In this document: piece after piece, positions 18,492 to 29,877 of the stretch
Layout of the letters: each line of letters starts with the position of its first letter
How positions within the stretch are numbered: the first letter of the stretch is position 1
Source of the DNA: Candidatus Doudnabacteria bacterium RIFCSPHIGHO2_12_FULL_48_16
Lineage (GTDB): Bacteria > Patescibacteriota > Doudnabacteria > UBA920 > O2-02-FULL-48-8
DNA: 64,000 bases
Direction: 5' to 3'
Assembly (NCBI GenBank): GCA_001780035.1
Contig: MFEY01000007.1
Location: 123,155 to 187,154, forward strand
The notes under the pieces: generated by a model
What the model saw: the letters and a program-made list of their open reading frames with translations, nothing else
Told to the model about the DNA's origin: nothing
The model's database searches: none
Position numbers and translations under genes: made by a program

Positions 18492-19178
18492 ATGCAAAAA
18501 ATATTGGCGGTTGTGGCCCATCCGGACGATGAAATCATTGGCGTCGGCGGGGCGTTGTGCAAACACGCTGCGGCCGGTGACGAGGTTTATGTTTTGATTT
18601 TGGGAGATGGCAAAAGCTCGCGCAACCATGCATACAAAAAATTAACTAAGACAATCAATCACAAATCGCTTCAAGAAACCAAGAATGCACTGGCTTGCTT
18701 GGGTATAAAATTTTTTTACCGAGAAAGCTTGCCTGATAACCGTTTCGACAGAATTGATATGCTGGATATCGCAAAAAAAGTTTCCGTTTATGTCCGCAAA
18801 ATCCAACCCGCAATAGTTTATACCCATCATCCCGGCGATCTGAATGTTGATCACCAGCGAACCTCCGAGGCCGTAACGATCGCCTGCCGGCCGATAGAAA
18901 ACAATTCCGTCCGGACGATTTATCATTTTGAAACGCTTTCTTCCACGGAAATGGCCGGCTACACAACCAGCCGGGCATTTCTTCCCAATATCTTCGTAAA
19001 CATTGAGGCGGAAATACAGAAAAAACTGAAGGCCATGAGTTGCTATAAAAGCGAACTGCATAAATTCCCTCACCCCCGATCCTTGGAAGCAATTGAAGCC
19101 AATGCCAAGGTCTGGGGCGCGAAAGTCAATTTAAAATATGCGGAAGCATTCTTCTGCCTAAGACAGATCAAATCTTAA
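18492..19178 (+). CDS. PIG-L/LmbE family N-acetylglucosaminyl deacetylase
   Basis: 228 aa; 'VAHPDDEIIGVGGAL' metal-binding motif, 'HHPGD...DH'. Confidence 0.75.
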   Translation: MQKILAVVAHPDDEIIGVGGALCKHAAAGDEVYVLILGDGKSSRNHAYKKLTKTINHKSLQETKNALACLGIKFFYRESLPDNRFDRIDMLDIAKKVSVYVRKIQPAIVYTHHPGDLNVDHQRTSEAVTIACRPIENNSVRTIYHFETLSSTEMAGYTTSRAFLPNIFVNIEAEIQKKLKAMSCYKSELHKFPHPRSLEAIEANAKVWGAKVNLKYAEAFFCLRQIKS

Positions 19179-19180
19179 TC

Positions 19181-20056
19181 ATGATCAAGCTCTGCGTCCC
19201 GTTTCTCCTAACCGACAGCAGCCAAATCCCCCGTAGCCTGATCAAACAGCGCAAATTATCGCTGGAGGCGAATATTTTTGACGGCAAACAACTATCAGGG
19301 CTGGTCGAACAAAATAAATTTTCCAAGTTACTCAATGTTGCCACCCGAACAGGAACGGTTCGGGCTTTCCATTTCCCGGCAGAAAATGCGGATTATCTGG
19401 AATCCAAAAAACTTACCAAATTACTTTACACTGCCGTGGCGGCACTTGGTGAACGCAAAATTCCATACCTAGTCCTACATTCAAATCATATACGGCTACT
19501 GGAAAAGTTTGACCACAAAAAATTACCGCAAATCAGGCAAAGATATCTTGGCTTTTATCAAGCTTTGGGGGAATTCGCGCAAAACCAAAACGTGGCTGTC
19601 TGCATTGAAAATCTGCCCATTGTTGGCAACCAAGGAAATGATTTTGATTCCGTCTTTGTTTTTCCGGATGACTTTAAAAATTTGACCCAAGCCGGAATAA
19701 AAATTGCGTGGGATCTGGGCCATTGGGCTTATAGCTGCGGCGCATTCGGGTCCGTATCCAAACAAATTGAAGCTTTGTCGAAGAATCATCCGGCTTTTTT
19801 TGATTTTCTTCAACTCAAAAAAAATATCGCCCACTTTCATTTCTCTTCATTTAAAAAACTGACTTCCCTAAAATGCGCCGAAGGAATTATCCCGCAAGTC
19901 GGAGATTTCAGCGAAAATATGTTAGCCAAGGCCTGCCGAATCATTCATGAGTGGCCCGGTGGAATCGGAATGACCCTTGAAATACAAGAAAAAAACTATC
20001 GTGAAAGAATCAATTTGGCCAAAACCCTGGAATGGTTTGACTCCAAAGTTTTCTAA
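19181..20056 (+). CDS. sugar phosphate isomerase/epimerase-like (xylose isomerase-like TIM barrel) protein
   Basis: 291 aa; 'VCIENLP', 'WDLGHW' resemble AP-endonuclease-2/xylose-isomerase fold motifs; weak. Confidence 0.4.
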   Translation: MIKLCVPFLLTDSSQIPRSLIKQRKLSLEANIFDGKQLSGLVEQNKFSKLLNVATRTGTVRAFHFPAENADYLESKKLTKLLYTAVAALGERKIPYLVLHSNHIRLLEKFDHKKLPQIRQRYLGFYQALGEFAQNQNVAVCIENLPIVGNQGNDFDSVFVFPDDFKNLTQAGIKIAWDLGHWAYSCGAFGSVSKQIEALSKNHPAFFDFLQLKKNIAHFHFSSFKKLTSLKCAEGIIPQVGDFSENMLAKACRIIHEWPGGIGMTLEIQEKNYRERINLAKTLEWFDSKVF

Positions 20057-20940
20057 CCGTTCTGGTAAAGCAGGAAAGGTTTGAGTTCAGCACCGAATCG
20101 GGCCTTAAAGCTACCAACACCCTGATTGTTGGAACTCGCCATATCCAATGCCTTAACTCCCGTTGCTTGGAGTTTTTTTGTTGCCGAAAAAAGAATCAAG
20201 TAATTCGCGCTGCATTTCCGGGCTGCCAGAGTCGAAGCGCCCCACCAGTAAAAAGATCTTTTCCCTTGATTTAAAAAGACGCAGGCCGCCTCCAGCTTGC
20301 CATTCAGATAAGCTCCCATAAAACCAACATTTGGAAACTCGAACAGCCGCCGGAATAAAGATTCCGGGGTTTTATAAGAGCTTTTTACCCGATTCATGGT
20401 TTCGGCGTATATTTCATAAAAACGCCCCAGGTCATTCTTATTGATTAATTTGACCTCCACGCCGTTTTTTATTGCCTGCTTTATTGAATACCGCGTCTGT
20501 TTCGGTAGTTGCGTTTCCCATTCAGCATCAATCGTCAAGATCGAGGTCTGTTCTGCCTTCCAATTGGCAGGCAACGAACCAACGATACTGTCGGGAAACA
20601 ATTTCATGCGCGCGATTGTGATTTTGTATCGGCTTTCAATCTCAGTTATTAAATTAGCCAATAACTCCAGACTGAGCGGCTGCGGGCCAATTGGTCCGCC
20701 GTAGCCGATAAAATTTGAATAGCTTTTATTATCTTTTATCTGGAGGCTGAGAAATACAACTGAATCATTAATTTCCGCTTGGAAATAACGATTATTCAGT
20801 CCGAATTCATCCGAAACTAAATTTAGCCAAGCAGTTTGTTGAAAAAAATTATCCTTAGCATGAAAATTGACGGCCTTCTGCCAAATTTGCGGATCAATCT
20901 CTTGAATTTGCATGGTCGGCATAGTCATTAACAATTTCAC
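20053..20940 (-). CDS. FemAB-like/GNAT-fold acyltransferase (Acetyltransf_6 type)
   Basis: 295 aa; position in a sugar-modification cluster, typical length and composition; no strong motif. Confidence 0.4.
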   Translation of the reverse strand: MKLLMTMPTMQIQEIDPQIWQKAVNFHAKDNFFQQTAWLNLVSDEFGLNNRYFQAEINDSVVFLSLQIKDNKSYSNFIGYGGPIGPQPLSLELLANLITEIESRYKITIARMKLFPDSIVGSLPANWKAEQTSILTIDAEWETQLPKQTRYSIKQAIKNGVEVKLINKNDLGRFYEIYAETMNRVKSSYKTPESLFRRLFEFPNVGFMGAYLNGKLEAACVFLNQGKRSFYWWGASTLAARKCSANYLILFSATKKLQATGVKALDMASSNNQGVGSFKARFGAELKPFLLYQNG

Positions 20941-22141
20941 AAATCTGGTTTAATCTTTTGGTTGTCATTGGATAACGGAATGGGATGGATAAAACTTCCT
21001 GCCACAGCTTTTCGGTCGCCGGCAACTCCGCCGGCCCAAAACTGCCGGCTTTATACAAAGGGTAGTAATTCCAAACTGTTTGTATGCCTCGCTTGGCTAA
21101 ATATTCAGCCAGATCAAATCGCAATCTGGGATTTACACGCAATGTCGCGTATAAAGGCAGGGCTGAATCTGAAGAAATCAGACGGATATTTAGATTATTT
21201 CGAAGGTGATTAAAATTTTCAATCGTTTTGGTTAAATCTGCATCATAGGATCTCAGTTTTTTTGCCAATACGGATTTCTGCCCGGGATGCATCAGTCTCG
21301 GTTTGATTGATTGATCGCCCAATTGAATGGTTTTAAGCGGCGAAAAAGTATAAATCGCTCCCAGCCGTTTTAAGATCGGCGCCACAAAGCTTAAACGTTT
21401 TAAAGCAAAAAAAGTAAAATAATATTTCCACCTTTCTGCCAACACCAGGAACAACGAACCGTCAGAAACTGTTTCTACCGGCAAATTCTTTTCAATCGGG
21501 GCGGTTAAATCCTGCCGGTGGGTTACCAGCGCTCCCCCGCCCAGGGCAAAGAGATGTTTTTCCGGGCCAAAGCTGTATAAGGCCACGTCGCCATAGGTGT
21601 TAAGCTTTGGGCCGGCCAGGTGTTCAAGCGTTTGGGCCAGATCGTTAATCAAGAATATGTTTTGGCTTTTGCAGAAGTTGTGTAATTCTTCCAAATTATC
21701 AACCAAGCCGTATATGTGAGTTACTATCAAGCCCTTGGTCCTGGGTCCAATAGCCTTTGTCAAAGAATCAAAATTAAGGCCGGCTTCCGAGTTTATATCG
21801 ACAAACCTGATAATCCCTCCGGCCTGCTTAATTGCCTCGGCCACGGCGGTGCAATTAAATGCCGACAGCAAAATTTCATCACCGGGCTTTAAACCCAAGG
21901 CCTTGAGGGCGATTAAAATCGCCGAACGGCCGCTGTCCAGCAAATAGACATTCGGGCAAACAAAAAAGTCCTTGATTGTTCGATCAACGGTTTGGTTTTC
22001 TGAATTTATTTTCAGGGACTTTCTCAGACAAGATATCAAATAAATCAGATGGTCAGCGCCAAAACCGATCCAGGGATAAATCTCCGATATTTTACCCTTA
22101 ATGACCGGCGGAAATCGATTGTCCGGATAAAACTGGGGCAT
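20894..22141 (-). CDS. DegT/DnrJ/EryC1/StrS family PLP-dependent sugar aminotransferase
   Basis: 415 aa; 'LDSGRSAILIALKALGLKPGDEILLSAFNCTAVAEAI' matches the DegT N-terminal region. Confidence 0.65.
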   Translation of the reverse strand: MPQFYPDNRFPPVIKGKISEIYPWIGFGADHLIYLISCLRKSLKINSENQTVDRTIKDFFVCPNVYLLDSGRSAILIALKALGLKPGDEILLSAFNCTAVAEAIKQAGGIIRFVDINSEAGLNFDSLTKAIGPRTKGLIVTHIYGLVDNLEELHNFCKSQNIFLINDLAQTLEHLAGPKLNTYGDVALYSFGPEKHLFALGGGALVTHRQDLTAPIEKNLPVETVSDGSLFLVLAERWKYYFTFFALKRLSFVAPILKRLGAIYTFSPLKTIQLGDQSIKPRLMHPGQKSVLAKKLRSYDADLTKTIENFNHLRNNLNIRLISSDSALPLYATLRVNPRLRFDLAEYLAKRGIQTVWNYYPLYKAGSFGPAELPATEKLWQEVLSIPFRYPMTTKRLNQICEIVNDYADHANSRD

Positions 22142-23054
22142 AAGCTTGAAGAATAAGGGACATGCCGTCGCTCAGGTTTGTTTTCGCCTCAAAACCCAAA
22201 AGGTCTCTGGCTTTCTCAATAGACGGGACGCGCCGATCAATCTCCAAAGAAACGTCCCGAACTTCGCCGGCGCCATAAGTTTTGTAATTTATTACCGATT
22301 TAGATTGGGAAATTTTTTTCAATACCAATTCGGCCACGTCTTTTATCGATAGTTCATTTGGGTTGCCGATATTTACTATCTCATAAGGCGTTTGGTCATA
22401 CTCAACCAACCGGGCAACGCCCGAAGCAGCATCCCCGACATAGGTAAAACAGCGGGTTTGGTTACCGGCCCCGAAAATGTTAATCGGCTCATGATTTAGA
22501 GCGGCTTTGAGAAAAATACTGACCACAAAACTGTCTTTTTGGCCGGGGCCGTAAACGTTAAAAAATCGGACGATGCCGACGCTCATATTTTCTGCCTTGG
22601 TCTTCAGATAATTTTCGATTTGCAGTTTGCACTGAGCATAAACTGAAATCGGCTGCGGAATGCCGTCTTCTCGGTAGGGAATTTCCGTAGAATTGCCATA
22701 GATTTCCGAAGAGGATGAAAAAATAAACCTTTTGACATTGTTCGCCGCGCAAAAATCAATTAGATTTTTAGTGTCTTCGTAATTGACCTGCCGCACTTTT
22801 TCCGGATTATTCCGGCAATTATCGACTCCGATCATTGCCGCCAGATGAATCACCACGTCCGAATCGGATAAATAAGGCTTAATTTTTTCCAAATCGGCAA
22901 TCTCAGCATGGACAAACTGAACTCCGTCAACTTTTGGCGGAACCAGGTCGATAATCACTATATCGTATGTTCCGATTTCTAAAAGCTTCCGGGTTAAGTG
23001 AGTTCCGATAAAACCAGACCCGCCCGTAATGACCGCTCGTTTCTTATTTTCCAT
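22098..23054 (-). CDS. NAD-dependent sugar epimerase/dehydratase
   Basis: 318 aa; Rossmann 'VITGGSGFIGTHL'; 'YAQCK' YxxxK catalytic motif. Confidence 0.8.
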   Translation of the reverse strand: MENKKRAVITGGSGFIGTHLTRKLLEIGTYDIVIIDLVPPKVDGVQFVHAEIADLEKIKPYLSDSDVVIHLAAMIGVDNCRNNPEKVRQVNYEDTKNLIDFCAANNVKRFIFSSSSEIYGNSTEIPYREDGIPQPISVYAQCKLQIENYLKTKAENMSVGIVRFFNVYGPGQKDSFVVSIFLKAALNHEPINIFGAGNQTRCFTYVGDAASGVARLVEYDQTPYEIVNIGNPNELSIKDVAELVLKKISQSKSVINYKTYGAGEVRDVSLEIDRRVPSIEKARDLLGFEAKTNLSDGMSLILQAYAPVLSGQSISAGH

Positions 23055-24189
23055 AAGTTAATTGATTTAATGTTAAGCAGACCCGCCTGACTTCTTTTTC
23101 ACTCAAGTTTTCATAAAACGGCAATGACAAAATTTGCCGGAAAATCTTCTCGGTAACAGGCAGCTGGCGGTTGAGGGCTAATTTTTTATAAAGAGTCTGC
23201 TGATGATTGGGGATAAAATGGACGCTGGTGCCGATGCCGGCTGATTTTAATTTCTCTATCAGGCCGTCCCGGCCGATCCTAGATGAAGGTTGAACTCTTA
23301 CTACAAACAGATGCCAGGCGTGTTCGCTTGTCGGATGAACCGGCTCAGCGGGCAATATTAAATTAGGATTATGCGATAACAATTGCTTATACAATTTAGC
23401 CAATCTTACCCTGGTGACGTGAGCTTTACCGGCCAGAGGAACCTGCGCCAATCCAATCGCGGCGTGGATATCGCTTAAATTATATTTTAAACCCGGGAAC
23501 AACACGTCGTATTTCCAAGATCCCGTTTTTTGATACCGTTTCCAGGCATTTTTTGAAATTCCGTGCAGGGACATCATCCGGACATAGTTTGCGGTCTCGA
23601 GATTTGGGCAAACAACCAGTCCACCTTCGGCCGTGGTTAAATTTTTGGTAGCATAAAAACTAAAGCAGGTTAAATTTTTTCCGCTGCCCACATACTTTCC
23701 TTTGTATTTGGTCAAGAAAGCATGGGCGGCATCCTCGACGATCACCAGATTGTGCTGGCGGGCCAGGTTGTTTATTTCATCGAGGTTGGCCGGCAGGCCG
23801 GCAAAATGAACGACCACGATAGCTTTGGTCTTGCGCGTAATTCTCTTCTCGACATCCTTTGGATCCAAACATAAGGTATCCTCTTGGATATCGCAAAAAA
23901 CCGGCCTAGCCCCGGTATGCAGTATGGCGTTTATGGTGGAACAAAATGTATAGCTAGGAACAATCACCTCGTCCCCTCGTCCGATCCCGGCAGCCAGATA
24001 GGCCAAATGCAAAGCAGCGGTGCCCGAGGACACGGCCACCGTATATTTTGCTCCAATGATTTTGGCAATTGAACTTTCCAATCGCTGAACTTTTTTGCCG
24101 GTCGTTATCCAGCCCGAATCAATCACCTGTTTGAGGCCTTCAATGGCCGAAGCCGGAATGCTTGGTTTATGAAACGGAATGTATTTCAT
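23044..24189 (-). CDS. DegT/DnrJ/EryC1/StrS family PLP-dependent sugar aminotransferase
   Basis: 381 aa; 'SSGTAALHLAYLAAGIGRGDEVIVPSYTFCSTINAI', conserved 'FSFYATKNLT' lysine region. Confidence 0.8.
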   Translation of the reverse strand: MKYIPFHKPSIPASAIEGLKQVIDSGWITTGKKVQRLESSIAKIIGAKYTVAVSSGTAALHLAYLAAGIGRGDEVIVPSYTFCSTINAILHTGARPVFCDIQEDTLCLDPKDVEKRITRKTKAIVVVHFAGLPANLDEINNLARQHNLVIVEDAAHAFLTKYKGKYVGSGKNLTCFSFYATKNLTTAEGGLVVCPNLETANYVRMMSLHGISKNAWKRYQKTGSWKYDVLFPGLKYNLSDIHAAIGLAQVPLAGKAHVTRVRLAKLYKQLLSHNPNLILPAEPVHPTSEHAWHLFVVRVQPSSRIGRDGLIEKLKSAGIGTSVHFIPNHQQTLYKKLALNRQLPVTEKIFRQILSLPFYENLSEKEVRRVCLTLNQLTYGK

Positions 24190-25157
24190 AGCTTCAGAGT
24201 TTTGAATAAGGAATCAAGCTTAATGGCTTTTTTGAGTGATTTGAGGTCAGGCCCCTTTGGAAGATTAATGAACAGCAGAGCAGCCAGGGTCGCGTTTCGC
24301 AGGCGGATAAACAAGGGCAATAATTGACTTTCCATTGTACTCCAATGGCGGCGTTTTGTATAGCCTTGGCGATACCGACGCAAAATTTGAGTATGGGTCA
24401 AAATTGGATTGAAAAATAGCCACCACCATAGCGAAAAGGCGCTATCGAGCGCCAACGGCTGATATGACAGATCATCAAAATCCAAAATACCGCGGATGTG
24501 GCGATCTGAAACAATGATATTGTTGCTGTCGTAATCCAGATGAACGTAACCGGCCGGCAAGGTCCAGATTTCTTTTTCGCGCTCTTTAATTTCGAGCAAT
24601 ATATCCTGGACAATCCCTTCATATTTTTGCTTAAGGCCGCTGTCAGGGAGCTTCTTAAGCAGGGCTTTGGTTCTTTCCTCCTTTAGCCAAACCGCCATTT
24701 TATTAAAAGATGATTTAAGATTTGGCCGAGGCAAAATCTGTTGTCCCAGTTCATGCATCTGGGCCTGGAAGCCGGCGAATTCCGAAATCAACGAATGCTC
24801 ATTGGATTTCAAATGGTGGCCGGTAATAAATTCCATCACGATGGCGCGCCACTGATTATACTTAGAGTCCCTAAATTTTGTTAAAATTTGGCCTTTGACA
24901 TTTTTCAACGTTTGAGGGATCGGAACTCCCGCCTGTCGAAACTTGGCGGTTATCCGTAGCTCATTCAAAATGTCCCGATCGGCCCGAGTGCCGCGTTGAT
25001 AAACTCGCAACACATATTCTTCATTTTCCGAATCCAAAACAAAAAACGAAGAATTTATAATTCCGTCTTTTATCGGGACGATGCTTTTGGATTTCAACCC
25101 GTATAAAGCCAAAAGTTTTTTGATCTCGGATTTGGAACCCTGAAATTTATTATTCAT
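24186..25157 (-). CDS. APH/choline-kinase-like phosphotransferase
   Basis: 323 aa; Brenner motif 'HLDYDSNNIIV' and 'LDFDDLSY' (DxD) Mg-binding motif. Confidence 0.6.
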   Translation of the reverse strand: MNNKFQGSKSEIKKLLALYGLKSKSIVPIKDGIINSSFFVLDSENEEYVLRVYQRGTRADRDILNELRITAKFRQAGVPIPQTLKNVKGQILTKFRDSKYNQWRAIVMEFITGHHLKSNEHSLISEFAGFQAQMHELGQQILPRPNLKSSFNKMAVWLKEERTKALLKKLPDSGLKQKYEGIVQDILLEIKEREKEIWTLPAGYVHLDYDSNNIIVSDRHIRGILDFDDLSYQPLALDSAFSLWWWLFFNPILTHTQILRRYRQGYTKRRHWSTMESQLLPLFIRLRNATLAALLFINLPKGPDLKSLKKAIKLDSLFKTLKL

Positions 25158-25259
25158 GCAATTGAATAAACTATAGCAAAAATAGCCTCGGCTATCCAGT
25201 TGCCGGAATTGAACAATAATCCTTTTTCAGCTATTATATAGTGTTCCAAGGAGGAACAC

Positions 25260-26114
25260 ATGAAGGTCGAAATCCTGGGTTCTGGCGGATCGTTCACCAT
25301 TCCGAGACCTGGCTGCGGGTGCCGGATCTGCCGGGAAGCGCGCCAGAAAGGGCTTCCCTACAGCCGCACCGGGCCTAGCTTGTTCGTGCATGGGCCTAAC
25401 GTTCTGATCGACACGCCAGAGGAGGCCAAAGAGCAGCTCGATCGAAGCCGGGTGAAAAAACTGGCAGGCTGCTTCTACTCTCACTGGCACGGAGACCATG
25501 TGATGGGGCGCCGGGTGTGGTGGAGTCTGAACTATGATTTCCAACACACGATCCCCCAACACCGCACGACAACCATCTACTTGCCGGAGCAGGTGGCGGC
25601 TGACTTCCGGACGAATCTCGGAAGCTGGCAACATCTCTCGGCCCTCGAAGAACAGGGCTTGGTCAAGCTGGTTGTCCTGAAGGAAGGCGCCCGCATTGAG
25701 TTGTCCGGCGTGCGCATCACGCCCTTCCCGCTGGCCGAAGGCTATGTCTACGGTTTCTTGTTCGAACAGAGAGACCGGAAGCTGGTGATCGTTCCAGACG
25801 ACATGTTCCGGTGGCGCCCCGATGAAAGCCTGCGCGGCGCCGATCTGGCCATCTTGCCGATGGGAGTGGCCGAGTTCAACCCGCTGACGGGCCGCCGGCG
25901 AATGGGCAAACGCCATCCGGTGCTGGCCGACGAGGCGACGTTCGAGGACACGATCGAAATCGTCCGCCAATTGCGAGCCAAGTCGGTCGTGCTGACGCAC
26001 ATCGAAGAGCACGACGGGCTGAGCTACAGCGATCTGGAGCGGGTCGCCGAGAAACTTCAGAAGCGGGGTCTCAATGTCCGCTTCGCATTCGACACCATGA
26101 AGGTGAAGGTATGA
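25260..26114 (+). CDS. MBL-fold metallo-hydrolase (PhnP/PqqB-like), GC-rich island gene
   Basis: 284 aa; 'LGSGGSFTIPRPGCGCRICREA', 'YSHWHGDHVMG' HxHxDH motif; 'ggaggaacacATG' SD; GC far above flanks. Confidence 0.7.
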   Translation: MKVEILGSGGSFTIPRPGCGCRICREARQKGLPYSRTGPSLFVHGPNVLIDTPEEAKEQLDRSRVKKLAGCFYSHWHGDHVMGRRVWWSLNYDFQHTIPQHRTTTIYLPEQVAADFRTNLGSWQHLSALEEQGLVKLVVLKEGARIELSGVRITPFPLAEGYVYGFLFEQRDRKLVIVPDDMFRWRPDESLRGADLAILPMGVAEFNPLTGRRRMGKRHPVLADEATFEDTIEIVRQLRAKSVVLTHIEEHDGLSYSDLERVAEKLQKRGLNVRFAFDTMKVKV

Positions 26115-26150
26115 CTCCCGGGCGCAGCTTGGGAGTCAGTTTTTTTATTT
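26114..26150 (+). terminator. rho-independent terminator
   Basis: 'gactccc-gggcgcagctt-gggagtc' + T7. Confidence 0.5.
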
Positions 26151-26454
26151 TAACAAATCTACATATAACTCTACAGGGTAGTTTTCAAAAAACCTTGATT
26201 CTGGGGTCCGGTCTGCGACTCGCACTCCTGTTAAATTGTTCTATAAATATTCAAGATTTGAATTCATAATAGGTTCGATTCCCTTAAGGGTGTGTCATGT
26301 CTTGAAAAAATAAATCTCCTTAGAAAGGAGGTGTTTGACGAGGGCTTACGAATCAATAAACTATTAACAATAAAAATATTACCGTTGGTAGTATAACTCT
26401 TTATGAGAATTAAATCAAATTTAATAAATAGAATATGGCTCGAGAAATGATCCG

Positions 26455-26878
26455 CTACTCCTTCCGCGCGAGCCGTTCTTTTATTTTTTCCACTACATCA
26501 CTTAAATTCCAATCAGATTTTATCAGGTAATACGCCGGCTCGTTTTTCGCAACTCCTTGCATGATTTTTTCTTCGCTGGCCGAAAGATTAGTCAAAAGTA
26601 TGATAGAAACAGTTTTTCCATATTGTCCTCCTTCTGCTCGTAGCTTGTCCATCATTTCCAGCCCACTCATCACGGGCATGAGGATATCCAGGAGGATCAG
26701 ATCGGGTTTTTCTCGGAGCGCTATTTCCAAACCTTCCTTGCCATTGGTTGCCGCAAGCATAAAAAAACCCTGATCGCGCAATTCTTCGACATATAGCTTG
26801 CGGATAATCTCCTCATCTTCGACAATTAGAATTTTTATCTTACCCTGTACCGAGCTTTGCTCTGGTACCGGGGGATTT

Positions 26879-26892
<14 letters not shown>
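26455..26892 (-). CDS. single-domain response regulator (CheY-like receiver)
   Basis: 145 aa; 'KILIVEDEEIIRKLY...DLILLDILMPVMSGLEMMDKL' with conserved phospho-acceptor Asp and Lys; no output domain. Confidence 0.8.
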
Positions 26893-28523
<1,631 letters not shown>

Positions 28524-28546
<23 letters not shown>

Positions 28547-29132
28547 TGCCGCTATTAACTCGCTTCTTCAAATTCGCGATTTCGTTCTTGAGTTCCACCA
28601 TTTTTAATTCTCTGTCCACCATGATTTTATTAGATTTTTCCAATTCTTTTACTTTATCGCTAAGCTCTTTTGTCCGTTCTTCTACTTTAACCGCAAGCTC
28701 TTCGGCATGTTTGGCTAATTTTTCCTCAAGTTCCTGTTTGACAGTAATGTCTTCAATGGCCAGAATAATCAATTGCACCGAATCTATTTGTCTAGCATTG
28801 AGCACCATAGTTTTCCTCCCGATTGTTTCGAAATTATACACAACCTTATAATCTTTCACCGTTTTTTTACTGGGTAAAATATCTTCCATCAATTTTTTCA
28901 GTTCGGGGATATCCCACTGACCATTTCCTAATTTATAAAGAGATGTGTTCTCCGTTTGCTTTGGCGAGGCCTGAAAAGTTTGGTAAAAAACCGAGTTTCC
29001 TGAAATCACTTCAAGATCGGAATCAAGAATTAAAAACGACTCTCTGGCAACGTCTACCAGCGTTTTCATATAATGCATGGCCAGGTCTTTGGATTCTTTT
29101 AACCCATTTTGTTTGTGTTCGATTTTTTTCAT
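28524..29132 (-). CDS. PAS domain protein with C-terminal coiled coil
   Basis: 202 aa; PAS-like core then heptad-rich 'KQELEEKLAKHAEELAVKVEERTKELSDKVKELEKSNK'. Confidence 0.5.
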
Positions 29133-29266
29133 TTTTTCACCCCCTTTTTATCTCTATTGATTTTTCTTTCTAGATTATGTATGGTGATAAGCTAGGCGGT
29201 AATTCTAAAATTCAATAAATAAACTATAGTAAACTTTTACCATAATGTCAATTTACGAAGGGAGTC

Positions 29267-29467
29267 ATGATGCATATTGCCAGAAACATTAAAAAATACC
29301 GTCAAAAAGCCGGGATGTCCCAGGACAAACTCTCCAAGCTGGCTGGCATAAATTTGCATACAATTGCCAAGATTGAATCCGGAGCCACGCCAGATCCGAG
29401 AGTTCTAACTGTTAAAAAAATTGCTGACGAGCTGGGCTGCACCATAGATGAATTATTGATGGCTTAA
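29267..29467 (+). CDS. XRE family HTH transcriptional regulator
   Basis: 66 aa; 'LSQDKLSKLAGINLHTIAKIESG' HTH_3 motif. Confidence 0.7.
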   Translation: MMHIARNIKKYRQKAGMSQDKLSKLAGINLHTIAKIESGATPDPRVLTVKKIADELGCTIDELLMA

Positions 29468-29481
29468 AAATCTTCATTCGA

Positions 29482-29862
29482 TCAAATGAGGATTTTTTTT
29501 ATTTGCTCCAGTACGTCTTTAATACTCCAATCGCTCTTCACTAGAAAATACAAAGGCTCATCTGTAATCACTCCTTTTATAATATTTTCATTGGCGCTTA
29601 AGTTGGTAAGCAGTATAATAGGCACCTTCCTCCCCCAGTCATCTGCCCTCAGTTTCTTCATCATGTCCATGCCGTTCATGACCGGCATGACAATATCAAG
29701 CAGGATCAGATCGGGTTTTTCCCGGAGCGCGGTTTCCAGGCCTTCCTGGCCATTTGTGGCTGTTGCAACAGAAAACCCTTTATCCCGTAACTCATCGGCA
29801 TATGGTTTACGGATCATTTCCTCATCTTCCACTATTAGAATTTTTTTTGGCTGTTCTGACAT
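29482..29862 (-). CDS. single-domain response regulator (CheY-like receiver), paralog of 26455-26892
   Basis: 126 aa; 'KILIVEDEEMIRKPY...DLILLDIVMPVMNGMDMMKKL', near-identical motifs to the other receiver. Confidence 0.8.
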   Translation of the reverse strand: MSEQPKKILIVEDEEMIRKPYADELRDKGFSVATATNGQEGLETALREKPDLILLDIVMPVMNGMDMMKKLRADDWGRKVPIILLTNLSANENIIKGVITDEPLYFLVKSDWSIKDVLEQIKKILI

Positions 29863-29877
29863 ACCTAGTATATATGT

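Noticed and set aside
25227-26012. 261-aa ORF antisense to the MBL hydrolase gene
   Set aside because: It lies entirely within a GC-rich gene where all frames stay open by chance. It has no motif and no RBS, and the sense-strand MBL gene has clear HxHxDH motifs.
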